Under the pieces are notes generated by a model that saw only the letters and a list, made by a program, of their open reading frames with translations, searched no databases and was not told where the DNA came from. DNA of 32,201 bases, from assembly GCA_002256025.1 (NCBI GenBank), contig NKIB01000519.1, forward strand, positions 1 to 32,201, in the 5' to 3' direction. Below, one piece after another: positions 11,444 to 23,424 of this stretch (its first letter is position 1; the number at the start of each line of letters is the position of its first letter). This DNA is from Asterionella formosa. Its lineage: Eukaryota. Position numbers and translations under genes: made by a program.

Positions 11444-12760
11444 ATGGCAATGTATTCAAGGGTTCCTGTCATTCCTTCTTTGATCAAAGATTACAATGTA
11501 TTGACTATCAAGACTAAAACATTCAGAATTGCTTTAACTGGTGGAATGTTTGAATCTTTTGATCAAGATATAATCGATGGAAGCTCTGTGGAAGCATTGT
11601 TGATTGGAGTGAATAAATTTTGTGACATGGCCAACACATTTGCCTTTAGCCCTGCAGATACCTTTTCCTGCTTTAAAAGGTGTTTGACCAACATTGCCTT
11701 ATCGGATTGGTTGAATGTGGAAGTAAACCCAGAAGATCAATCCTACAATTGGTTTGATGAAGCAATGGCTTTATGGTTAGATGATTGTTTACCAAATGAG
11801 AGTTTTCAATGTCAACAACAATGAATGCTAGCTACGCTACTTGTCTAAACCCTTTTCTATGTTGGTAATGGATTTCGGAGCTCATATTAAAACTTTGAAC
11901 AGGCTACTTCAATTAATGCCACATCCAGAAGATCAAAACGGATTGAAAAAAGAAGATATACGGGTTATCATCATCTGTTCTATGCCCGATGAGTGGCAAT
12001 AAGAGTTTGAATTGAATCATGCTAAAACTTCAGACCAATCGATTCGCTCGGTTCTCACTTACTTCGAGAGTCAACAATCGTTTAAGGATCGAAACAAACA
12101 CCTTCCCAAAAATATTTTTCAAACAATCACGCAAAATCGTCTTTGTATTGCTGAAGGCAATCGTGTGATGTGTCAAGAAAACGAGCGTGTCAGTCGTCAA
12201 TTCTACAACGATAATTTTACTCCAAGTAGTCGTGGAAGAGCGCATGCTATTGTCAATGCAGCCGGTCGCGCATGGGATCGTCAGGCAACTGTTCGTCATC
12301 AAGCTCTACAAGCCAGTCGTACGTACCATGATTATCGTGGTCCTTGTCTGGTACATCCTGAAGGTACACATACTTGGGGCAATTGTTTTCAGAATCCTCG
12401 TACTCAAGGTGGTCGAGCAGGTCGCATGGCTGGTCGTCATAATGGATGAGGCCATTCAAGTTTCGGTAGATGAGGACATTTTGGTGGTCGTGGAGGCAGT
12501 CCACACAGTAATCATATGGAAAGCTACCATACTGACACTGCTAAACCTGTGCCTGTTTCACATGCTCGTATGTTAAACACATGGGGTCATAATACTCATC
12601 CATCCGGTTGGGGTACTGTGCCACATGCCGATCCTACCGAGAATACATCTGCCCAGGAAATTTCAGTGGTCACAAACCTTCCTGCTGGTCAGATAGTGAC
12701 TTTTGTCCCTACTGCACAACAGCAGATTGCTGATCGCCATTACAGAGGTATGTGCGATAA
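11444..12760 (+). pseudogene. Gypsy gag (disrupted)
   Basis: Frames 11444-11824 and 12012-12449 join after removing a 4-bp insertion (11831-11834), giving MLRYLSKPFSM...LNRLL...MPDEWQ*. Contains a Cx2Hx4Hx4C knuckle (CLVHPEGTHTWGNC) and internal stops. Confidence 0.7.
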
Positions 12761-13011
12761 TAGCGATGCTATTTATAATGACTCATTGAGTATATCTCAC
12801 ATTAGTCATCACCTGGATAATATTGTTTATTTACAGGTTGAATACACTATGATTACCGCTGTTGCTGTAACGCGGGACATATATAAATGCATCGATGGAC
12901 ATGACATTCCACATACATATCAGGGCCCAATTCCGGTTTCCTGTTTTACTTCTAAGGATATATTAACGTCAACTGATCTGATTCCGATGTCTCTTTTAGC
13001 GCCACGGCCGA

Positions 13012-15145
13012 TTGGTGGATGCTATGCATATGCATAAAATACTACGAGTATTATTTGATAGTGGAGGATCCTTATCCTTAATACATGAACGGGTTATGCC
13101 TCAAGGTATTTCTTTGTCTAACGAGACTTCCCAATTAATACATACCATAGCTGGTACTTATTCATCTCATGCCAGTGTTATTTTACATGACCTGATTCTA
13201 CCTGAATTTAATCGATCTGCTCGTGTATATTGGTTAGGCTATTGGTTAACTTCTAATGGACTGAAACCTTGGTCTAAAAAAAAGGTCCGAGCTTAGATTA
13301 ATATGTCTTCACCTACCAATCTTAAACAAGTCAGATCATTTCTTGGTGCTATTACATACTATCGAGACATGTTTCCTAGACGATCTCATGTTCTTGGACC
13401 ACTTACAGATTTAATTGGAACTAGTAGTCCATTTGTCTGGTTACCTATACAATAACAAGCTTTTGAAGAAATGAAAGCGTTATTGGTTGAAGATACACTC
13501 ATGCGTTATCCTGATCATAATCTTCCTTTTCATATCTTTACTGATGCCTCTGATTATTAATTAGGGTTGTTCATTATGCAAAATGATCTCCAAGTTGCTT
13601 ATTATTCTCGCAAATGATCTGCTGCTCAAAAGAATTATACTAATATTGAGAAAGAATTACTTTCTGTGGTAGAAACTTTCAAAGAATTTCGCTCTATGTT
13701 ATTGGGCGCAGTTCTACATGTTCACACTGATCATCGAATCTTATTTATATTACTTTACATACTCAACGTGTTCTACGGTGGAGACTTTATATTGAAGAGT
13801 AGCATTCTACTTTTCACTACGTGAAAGGGACTGACAATGCTATTGCAGATTCCATCTCTCGCCTCCCGAGGCTTGAGTCTTTGGTGGGGGATGATATTGG
13901 ACCGAAATCTCCAGCATCAACATCCACTTCTACCTTTTCGATTGAATTAGATGATGAACCTTTGCTTACCTGTTTCCTTAACCATCCAATCTTGACTGAC
14001 AATATTCAATATCCTCTGGATTATAATTTAATACATGATAGACAATTGCTGGATATACAATTAATTCTCAATCAACAAACACATCCAATAAAATTTCCCT
14101 CTGTCAATTTTCATGATATATTTTTAATATGTTTTGTGAAGAATCCAGGAGATACTTGGCGTATTGCTATTCCTACATCATTATTGGATCCTATTATTAA
14201 TTGGCATCATCAGATGTTAGCTCATGTGGGTATGACAAGATTAAATGCTACAATCGCTACACATTTTTATCACCCTACATTAAAAGCAAGAGTGGAACAT
14301 ATTTTAAGAGTATGTGAAGCATGTAAACGTACAAAATTACCTGGTACTGGTTTTGGTGAGCTTCCACCCAGGAATGCATTGTTATTACCATGGTCAGAAG
14401 TCGCAGTAGATTTAATTGGTCCATGGAAGATAACAGTGGCTACTCAAGCGATTGAATTTCGTGCTCTAACTTGTATTGATACGGTCACCAATTTGGCAGA
14501 AATTTCACGTATCAATAATTGGTTAGCCAGATATCCCCGTCCAGAACATTGTATACTACATGACAATGGAGGTGAATTTACTGGTGTTCCTTTCTTACAC
14601 ATGTTAGTGTTGAATGGAATTAAAGATGTGACTACTACAGTCAAGAATCCACAAGCAAATGCTATCTGTGAACGTTTACATCAATCTATCAGTAATAGTC
14701 TACGAGTTATGTTAAAGGCTCATCTTCCAATGAATGAATTTCAAGCCCAAAATATTGTGGATACATGTTTTGCAACTGCATCATATGAAGCTCGAACTAC
14801 TATTCATAGTATATTACGTATTTCACCAGGCGCAAGGGTTTTTCAACGTGATATGATATTAAATATTCCTTTGATTACAGATTTACAATTGGTACATCAA
14901 CGTCGACAAGTGATAATCGACAAACGCTTACGTCGTGTTAATTTACATCGTCGATTTTATGATTACAAAGTGGGTGATGAGATTTTAATACCGTACTTTT
15001 GGATAATCCTACTACTTTGGATGATCGTGGACGAGGTCCTTATACTATTATTCAAGTACATGCCAATGGTACAGTTACTTTTCAACGCACTATGCATATT
15101 ACAGAACGAATTAATATTTGTCGTATCAAACCTTTTCATAGGTAA
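13012..15145 (+). pseudogene. Gypsy pol (protease, RT largely deleted, RNase H, integrase) with stops and frameshifts
   Basis: VLFDSGG protease; WLGYWLT...G.KP RT C-terminus; [25 protein letters not shown]; integrase HHCC (HQMLAH...CEAC), VAVDLIGP, HDNGGEF, NPQANAICER; GPY module ending RIKPFHR*. Confidence 0.9.
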
Positions 15146-15221
15146 AAGGTTTTCCCTTAAGTGTGGGAGAGTGAGCAATCCTGCCAAATGCATCAACACA
15201 TGCATTTCAGCCCAGTCAGCG

Positions 15222-15302
15222 CGGTACCGTACCAGGGTATAGCATTTCTGTGGTGTGTACCTAGTACCAGGTACCTGGTACTCCTACGGAGCACGTGGTA
15301 CT
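15222..15302. repeat. GGTACC / TACCWGGTA motif cluster
   Basis: ggtaccgtaccagggta...gtacctagtaccaggtacctggtac at the Gypsy right end. Confidence 0.8.
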
Positions 15303-16629
15303 GTAACTTCCGGTGAAATGCATCATGGTAATTCTGCCATTCATTACATGACCACCAAACCAATATGTGCAAAATAGGAATGATTCATTGTCGATTGTGT
15401 GGAGATATTGAGTCCAATCAGTTCATCATGGTCAAGACAGAGATGATGAATCCTCAACCCCATACTATGGCAGTACAAAATCAAATTTACTTATGGATAC
15501 CAAACTGATATATTGGTACACAACCATGGAACTTGTCATGTGTAGATTAATAGAATTCAGATGCCTGGGCAGGTACATCATATTTTGGTCTTCATATATT
15601 TCTCAGACTTGAGATTCATATGCCAATCCCCTAAATGCTCTCCCCATTATGCCAACAATATAATATACCAGTACATAATGTGGTTGTTTGTCCCATAGTA
15701 TGTCCTACACCTGTAGCAAGTACCAGTAACTGGTAGGGAGTACCAGTAAATATGCTATCATTGTAACAACCAGGGAATGGTATTTTATTCTACATGACTT
15801 TTCAGTACAGTACACAAACATAAGGCAAACCTTTGTACACCTGTTAAACTTGAACTACTGGGATACCAGTAGGCGTGATGCTGCTAGCATGAGCCATATT
15901 TACGCCAATTAAAATGCACAGTGATGCATTATGACCGGAGGCTGAAATGGGCAGAAATTTTGTTCAAAAGTATGTTACATACCAGTATACTGGTTTGTAT
16001 TGTACCTGTTGTGATGTATGTATGAAATTTGAATGCGTAGGAGCATACAAATATCTACTGGAAATTTGAACAACAACAAAATATACAAATATTCAGGTCA
16101 TAAGAATTATATATACTTGTAATTTGTAAAATTGACTGATGGTGAGTTTGGGAAGCAGACTGTGTTTGATTTCCAATGATACCACTCAAATTTATAATTG
16201 CTCTTGTTCGCCCAAATTTCGGCGCATGAACAACATTAGAACCGCAGCAACCTGTGTGTTCAACGTAAATTGTAACCATTACATTAGCTCTATTCTATAA
16301 AAACTATTATAGAACCAATTTTAGTCATATATGATTGCTGCCATGTTTGTATGTATATTGGATATATTGTCAGCTTGTTTGTGTAATATATACTTCCTAT
16401 TTATCTTCGTCTTTACATTGAGTCACTGCGTCCACTGACAATCAATCTGATATCATGAAATCTAAACAGAAATAGACATTACAAACCTAGATAGAAAATT
16501 GATATGAATATTGATTGATTTGCTAGTAGATATTTAGTCAGTAAAAGCAATCACGCATTCCTTGGACTAACTTATTGTGCATTTTCAGACACTTTTGTGC
16601 AAAAAGTGTCATGGACCATTCGAAATCAA

Positions 16630-16930
16630 GACAAATCAAGACAGTTTCCCATCAATGACTTCAAAAAAGAAATTCTGGACAAATCCAATTGTATGCTGCT
16701 TTCCATTAATTGTGTAGCTCTCCAATCTCAATTTGTCAATAAATCCACATTCCGAAAGTACCTGCAACAAACCCCTTGTTGGTTTATTTTCCCATTCTTC
16801 AATAAGTTTTTTGCTTTACTCTCTTCAATTGGTAAGTTGTGTTCTTGCGCCTTTGATTTTATTGCTCGCTTCTTACTACCCTTTGCTCCATTTGTGATTA
16901 GAATTTGTTTCAATTTAGACTTGTAATCCT
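16630..16930 (-). pseudogene. Second decayed transposase-like fragment (C-terminal region)
   Basis: Frameshifted minus-strand reading gives HNLPIEESK / LIEEWENKPTRGLLQVLSECGFIDK...YTINGK... / SFLKSLMGNCLD, resembling the GWxGKPKGLLQVLxERGxID segment of Tc1/mariner-related transposases (recalled pattern). Confidence 0.45.
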
Positions 16931-17552
16931 CAGAGTCCAATTGAATTGCAACACTAACATTCTGCTCCTCCTCTTCCTCCTCAACAGGTTCATTGAATTT
17001 CGAATGGACCATTGCTGGTAGGGCCTTGTCTTCTTTATATATTACAAAAGCATCTCGATGGAAAGGGAATTTAATTTTTCTTTGCCATATCGTTGAATGT
17101 TAATGCAGATGTCAGGGTTGGCATGGAGGGAGGATAATAGATCTTTGAAGTTTACTATCAGTTGGAACTTCTTGCTGTGTTTTTGTAAATTGCAATACCA
17201 CTTGGAGACAATCTGTGAATGTTTGGCAATTGTGATTCCTTGGTTGTTTAATCTCTTGATGGCGACAGTGCAACAATGTTACTAGGTCCAGATATTCTTG
17301 TTATCTTTTGCAATTAGGAGTGAGAGAGCCATGTATTGGCTTTTTTTTGGATGTTCCACCTGTGATGATGGGTGATGTTGTCTTCTTGTTGGTTGAGTGG
17401 GTTGAGATTATGAAACAATAGGAGGTATCCAGAGCTTGCTTGCCTGAGGATTTCTTTTTATTTTGTGATTGCATTCAGTGTGGATTCCAGTCCCATTATG
17501 TTGTTTTTTGTTCTTGCTGGATGTCGTTGTTGCTGCTGAGAGGAATGGTTAC

Positions 17553-17800
17553 TTGGTACCAGGTACCAGGTACCCGTACATACGCACATCATAAGTATGC
17601 TCTGTACACTAAATATAACGAATAATTTTCAAGATGATACATATGTACATACCGGTAGGACAATCAATGTTACGTGTGCCGTTATATGTTGCATGAGTGA
17701 AGTAGACTGGTATGACAATTCTTGTACTGGTACCTAGTACCAGGTACCAGGTATACCTGGTAGCTGGTACCAGGTAACCTGGTAGCTGGTACCGGGTATT
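17553..17800. repeat. GGTACC / TACCWGGTA arrays
   Basis: tggtaccaggtaccaggtaccc (17554-17575) and gtactggtacctagtaccaggtaccaggtatacctggtagctggtaccaggtaacctggtagctggtaccgggta (17724-17798). Confidence 0.9.
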
Positions 17801-17928
17801 CCGTTACTGGCTATACTAACCATTCGTGGTGCGCTAGTCGTTGTTTATGTGAGCGTTAGCAAAGAACAACGGAACGCTTAAAAACCCTTTCTTCCCACGA
17901 ACCCAAACCTTGGAATATCAGCTTAGCC

Positions 17929-18306
17929 ATGGTAGTTATCATCGCAGCCGCCGCAGTTGCCGCGGGTGTCGGCGCGTACAAAGGAGGGAAAATGGCAGTT
18001 GCTGGAGTCAAGAAGAAGGTCGAGAACCGGAAGAGAACGACGGAGCGTAACAACCGAGAGAAAGGATATTTGCAAGAGAAACAGCAAGTAGAGACGGAGC
18101 GTCAGGCACGTCTCGAAGCTCTGGAATCCATGAGATCAGGGTCACGCGACACAACAAACCGATTGATTGATGTTAGCAATACCAATTCTATCAAGGAAAG
18201 ACTGGCGGACTATAAGAACAACATGAAAGTAGTCAGTGCATGTACCAGTAGTAAATCGACAAAGACACGCTTCTCGATGTTCAAGAAAAGGAGCAACCAG
18301 GATTAG
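17929..18306 (+). CDS. Hypothetical 125-aa protein: N-terminal hydrophobic anchor plus basic coiled coil (paralog 1)
   Basis: MVVIIAAAAVAAGVGAYKGG followed by a K/E/Q/R-rich helix; protein-level similarity to the adjacent ORF supports coding status. Confidence 0.7.
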   Translation: MVVIIAAAAVAAGVGAYKGGKMAVAGVKKKVENRKRTTERNNREKGYLQEKQQVETERQARLEALESMRSGSRDTTNRLIDVSNTNSIKERLADYKNNMKVVSACTSSKSTKTRFSMFKKRSNQD

Positions 18307-18667
18307 AAAAAGCGACCTTGGCACTGAGATGAAAGACTTGTTACACTCTAAGAGAGAACGTCTTCATTAAGCTTTGGAACGCCAATCTGCGAGGGTATTG
18401 AGTTATTCGTTGCATTGATGAGTGCAGCTTCGTATGGGGTAATGCTGCATGATTAAACCTGTGAATTTATAGCTGTCTCTGTTCGTATGTTTAGCTGATG
18501 ACCTTTTTCACATGAGTGTTCGCGCCAAAATTTCCAATTGGTACACCGAAACGTTTGTCAGGCGGGAATCAATTATCGAAGCTTGCAAAACGAACGAGGC
18601 CCAAACTCAAGATGTCTTGAATTCAAATTTTCAAATTCTAGAAACCAACAAGACATCGCCTTCCACT

Positions 18668-19069
18668 ATGGTGATAATTGTAATTGCAGCTGCGCTGGTC
18701 GTCGCCGGCATTGGCACATACAAAGGAGGTCCACTGGTAGTCGCTGCACTCAAGAGGAATGCGGAGGATCGAAAGGTCAAGGGAGAAATCAAGCAACAAG
18801 AGAAAGCGCAACGAGAACAAATTCAGCAACTGGCGATGGAACGTCAAATGAGAGACGACGCCTTCACAGCGTTGAGGTCTGGTAAAACAGCGAGACAGGA
18901 ACGAGTCAATGCCATAAACGCATTAAGATCTGGGTCGCGCAAAATGAGAGATATTGTCCCTGATTCCAATAGTACTGATTCGATTCCAGATCGACTGGCG
19001 AGTTACAAAAGCCGTTCGAACGACATCCGTGCAGCCGACAAAGTCAACTTGTCTAGAGGCAAGAAATGA
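18668..19069 (+). CDS. Hypothetical ~133-aa protein (paralog 2)
   Basis: Start set at MVIIVIAAALVVAGIGTYKGG by alignment with paralog 1; shares RSGSR and SIxxRLAxYK. Confidence 0.7.
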   Translation: MVIIVIAAALVVAGIGTYKGGPLVVAALKRNAEDRKVKGEIKQQEKAQREQIQQLAMERQMRDDAFTALRSGKTARQERVNAINALRSGSRKMRDIVPDSNSTDSIPDRLASYKSRSNDIRAADKVNLSRGKK

Positions 19070-19581
19070 GACAAGGCACATGTTACAAATCCATCGTGAA
19101 CCTACACTCCGTATCTCCCCCATCGGAGTTGTTCCCCAACTGGCGGACCGGAATATCTGACGTTTTAGAGCCTAAGTTGAACAAGAAAGAACGTCATAAT
19201 ATGCCATTCTAATTGGTAACAACTGCTCAGTTTAAGTCACGTAGTTTTCACTTTAGCAGCTTGGAAGTTAGTATTGTGATGCATTACCTGTCCCCAAGTG
19301 TAGAATTGACTCATATGGCCCAATTCTGGAATGAAGCTAAATGTACACGTTGCAGGAACTGATCCATATCCACCAAAATCAAGGCATTGTTTGAGAAGAA
19401 AGGTAAGGCCTTGCTCGTGATATTACCGGCAATTACGATTCTACTCGATGTAGAGCGGTACGATTTTACTCTTCACGTTCAATCCAACTAGAAACAGCAT
19501 GAGACTTTTTCGCTCCTGTGCTCTATTCCTTTTTCTACGTATCAATGTATATTCCACGAATTCAGTAAGAAATGCGTATAT

Positions 19582-21096
<1,515 letters not shown>

Positions 21097-21965
21097 GATG
21101 GGTGTGTTGGCGTCAATAGTAAGTAAAGAAATCAAAATTATGAGAGCAATCAAACGCTCGGGGATCCGAAAGATTCGACTGCTTGTTGCGACATCATGTG
21201 ACACCCCCATGATGTCAACTTGCTCGCTCTTCTATGGGCGTTATTTCGTCGCCTGGTGGAGCGAACAAGGTTGTCAAATAGTTCTGGGTTTGTGATTGCT
21301 GTCAAGAAAAGGTTTGAGAAGCCCTTTAAATTCATGATACGCTTGTGAATCGTCCGCCAAAGAGCGAAGGTACCAGTACCCTGATATCTGGTACCTGGTC
21401 CAGGTACCAAAAGCATCATCCTCATCATCACTCGATGCAGAATCAGAAATGTGGGATATTCCTTTCGAACACAAGTACCGTAATGATAATACTACACAAC
21501 ATAACGTTACTTTAAGAGAGCTCTACCCGTGCCGGTACACCACAGTCCGCTGTGTATATATACAAGATTTAATTGAAAGGTTCACAAACTTTACTTGCAT
21601 GCTACTCAGGAGCTTATGCATTTTAACAGGAAAATGATATTTCGTCCCCCTATGATAAAATTAATAGCATTTCGCTATTTCATCCCCCTAACCCTAGCCC
21701 CTAACCCTTATCTTCAGCTGCCAACTTGGACTGGGGTTCGGATTCGGGTTCGGGTTAGGAAGGTCCAGTCGCGCGCATTTTATGCGCACCTTTTCAGTTT
21801 CGACACACTCCCATTGGATTGTCTCATGCCTGCCAGATGAGATAGAATGGCTTTTCATTCCAAGCTCTCCTAAGCTACTTTCTTCAATGTTAAATTATCA
21901 TTCATTAAATCCAAGTTGTGTTCTGATCATCGAAATCGTGTTCACTACTAGTACTGGTAATAGTA

Positions 21966-22334
21966 ATAAAAATTGAAACTCACTTATAACGCACTTTCTA
22001 AGACCATGGAGTAACATGTGGAATTTCATAGCATGGCCTGCTGATAAGCCCATGTGCTTCCATGGTTTTTTTAGTGTAGGTGAGTCCCCAACCATCTTTC
22101 GCAAAAGGTGATCATCTTAGCCACAGCATTAGGGGAAACTCAGACTGCCTAGCTATGAAGGCGGCACACTGCTTGTAGGGGGCAACCCACTTTTCCTTGC
22201 ACACCAGGCAAGACCACACGGGAACGGTGAGGAGTGTGGGAGTCAAATCCAACAATTGCTTCTCAAAAAATTGCGGGAATCAAACCACACAACTTAAAAT
22301 CAAAGGCAATGTGCCCAACCAGAGCCATTCCCCT
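21966..22334 (-). mobile_element. tRNA-derived SINE-like element, copy 2 (full head), with decayed TSD
   Basis: A-box-like TGGCTCTGGTTGG (22327-22315) and B-box GGTTTGATTCCC (22286-22275) at tRNA spacing. Flanking 18-bp direct repeats 21948-21965 and 22335-22352 match at 14/18. The element is absent at the equivalent position of the family B copy at ~4220. Confidence 0.75.
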
Positions 22335-22624
22335 CTACTGCTGGGAATGGTATTTAGCAACTGGATGACGGTTTCCTAATGGAATTCACCAATAAAAAAA
22401 ATCAGTAACTTTTAGTAATAGTCAGCACTTTCAAGTCGTACCCCGGTAGGCTGTTGCATCTGGCGTGATAATGACTGTGACCATGTATATAGATATGACA
22501 TTGCATCTGCTTATATGTAGTATTGGCAAGGCAATCAGGGGGTAGTGGTTGTGTTTGTTCATGTATTTACTTCATAGGCATAAGGGTCATTCAGAAAATC
22601 TACCAGTATTCTTATTCGAAAGTG

Positions 22625-22707
22625 CTAGTCGTTGTCAGCAAGATTTAGTCATAGTCAACAAGTTCTAGTCGTTGTCAGCAAATTCTAGTCATTGTCAGCA
22701 AGTTCTA
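22625..22707 (+). repeat. 20-bp tandem repeat x4 inside family B
   Basis: ctagtcgttgtcagcaaatt-type units, the same as at 4275-4365. Confidence 0.85.
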
Positions 22708-23217
22708 CTAAATGTAGAAAGGTAGGATTCCTATGTGGATTCCGAAGCTAGACGACGGTTTCTTGAACCCGTTTGTTCATCAGTCAGCAAATCCGAATCG
22801 TGTTCAGAGACTGATTCTGCAACTCGTCATCGGTCAATAAAAGTAACAATCTCCTAAATTACTTAAGGAATATCATTTCCATCGAAAGCTGGCCTATTTG
22901 GTGCGGCAGGCATGAGATGATCCATTGGGAGCGCGTCGAAACTGAAATGGTGCGCATAAAATTTGCGCTAGTACTGGACCTTCTAGGGGGGATGAAATAT
23001 CATTTTCCTACTACATTACATTGTCTTCTCTACATGATCCTTGTGTTTCGTCCAACAAATGGGTCCTACTACTAGATAACGCCATTTTTCAAGTAATTCG
23101 ACCCTCAGGTGAATTTTTTTAATGTTCTCTGCGCAATCCGCCATAAAAATCAGCTATTCAGCAATTGAGTCGCTCCTGCAAATCGTCGCAAGTGTTTTCA
23201 ACCAGAGTACCGGTGTA

Positions 23218-23354
23218 CCAGCAAGTTGCGATTATTTGACCGAACTAAAATTTTGAGGCAGCAGGCACTCAAATTCTACTCCTTTGGTACTATTAATTTG
23301 ACATTTAGAAAATTCAAATCGTCATTTTGGAAAACTAGCTGCAACAACTTGCTG
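23218..23354. mobile_element. Diverged MITE family A-like copy
   Basis: TA|ccagcaagttgcgattatttg ... caacttgctg. Confidence 0.55.
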
Positions 23355-23424
23355 AAACATATTGTACTATGTAAGGCAGATCAGGTTGTCTCGACATGAT
23401 AGTAAGGACCTTCGGTACCTGGTA

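Larger units (their letters stand above)
11228..15220 (+). mobile_element. Degenerate Ty3/Gypsy LTR retrotransposon
   Basis: Gene order gag - protease (LFDSG) - RT tail - RNase H (FTDAS) - integrase. A purine tract (gtgtgggagag) precedes TGAGCAATCCTGC at 15172, matching TGAGCGATCCTGC at 11228. LTR limits are uncertain. Confidence 0.88.
21758..22983. mobile_element. Complete non-autonomous TIR element family B, TA-flanked
   Basis: Imperfect TIRs of ~100 bp (gaaggtccagt...tttcagtttcgac...ctcatgcctgcc versus its reverse complement ending at 22983); TA on both sides (21756-21757, 22984-22985). Confidence 0.85.
21628..23009. mobile_element. Small hairpin MITE (family C, ~155 bp when empty) with telomere-like repeats, split by a family B insertion
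   Basis: TIR aggaaaatgatatttcgtcccccta (21628-21652) versus taggggggatgaaatatcattttcct (22984-23009); internal cctaac-type and gggttc/gggtta repeats. Confidence 0.75.

Noticed and set aside
14996..15242. Hydrophobic C-terminal tail of the integrase ORF as an env-like or transmembrane domain
   Set aside because: It is an out-of-frame artefact of the 5-bp insertion at 14991-14995.
21685..21757. True telomere or chromosome-fusion site
   Set aside because: Only a few degenerate units, and they are explained as subterminal repeats within a TIR-bounded element.
22270..22334. Functional tRNA gene
   Set aside because: A and B boxes are present, but I could not fold a convincing acceptor stem or anticodon arm; it is the head of a longer repeat.
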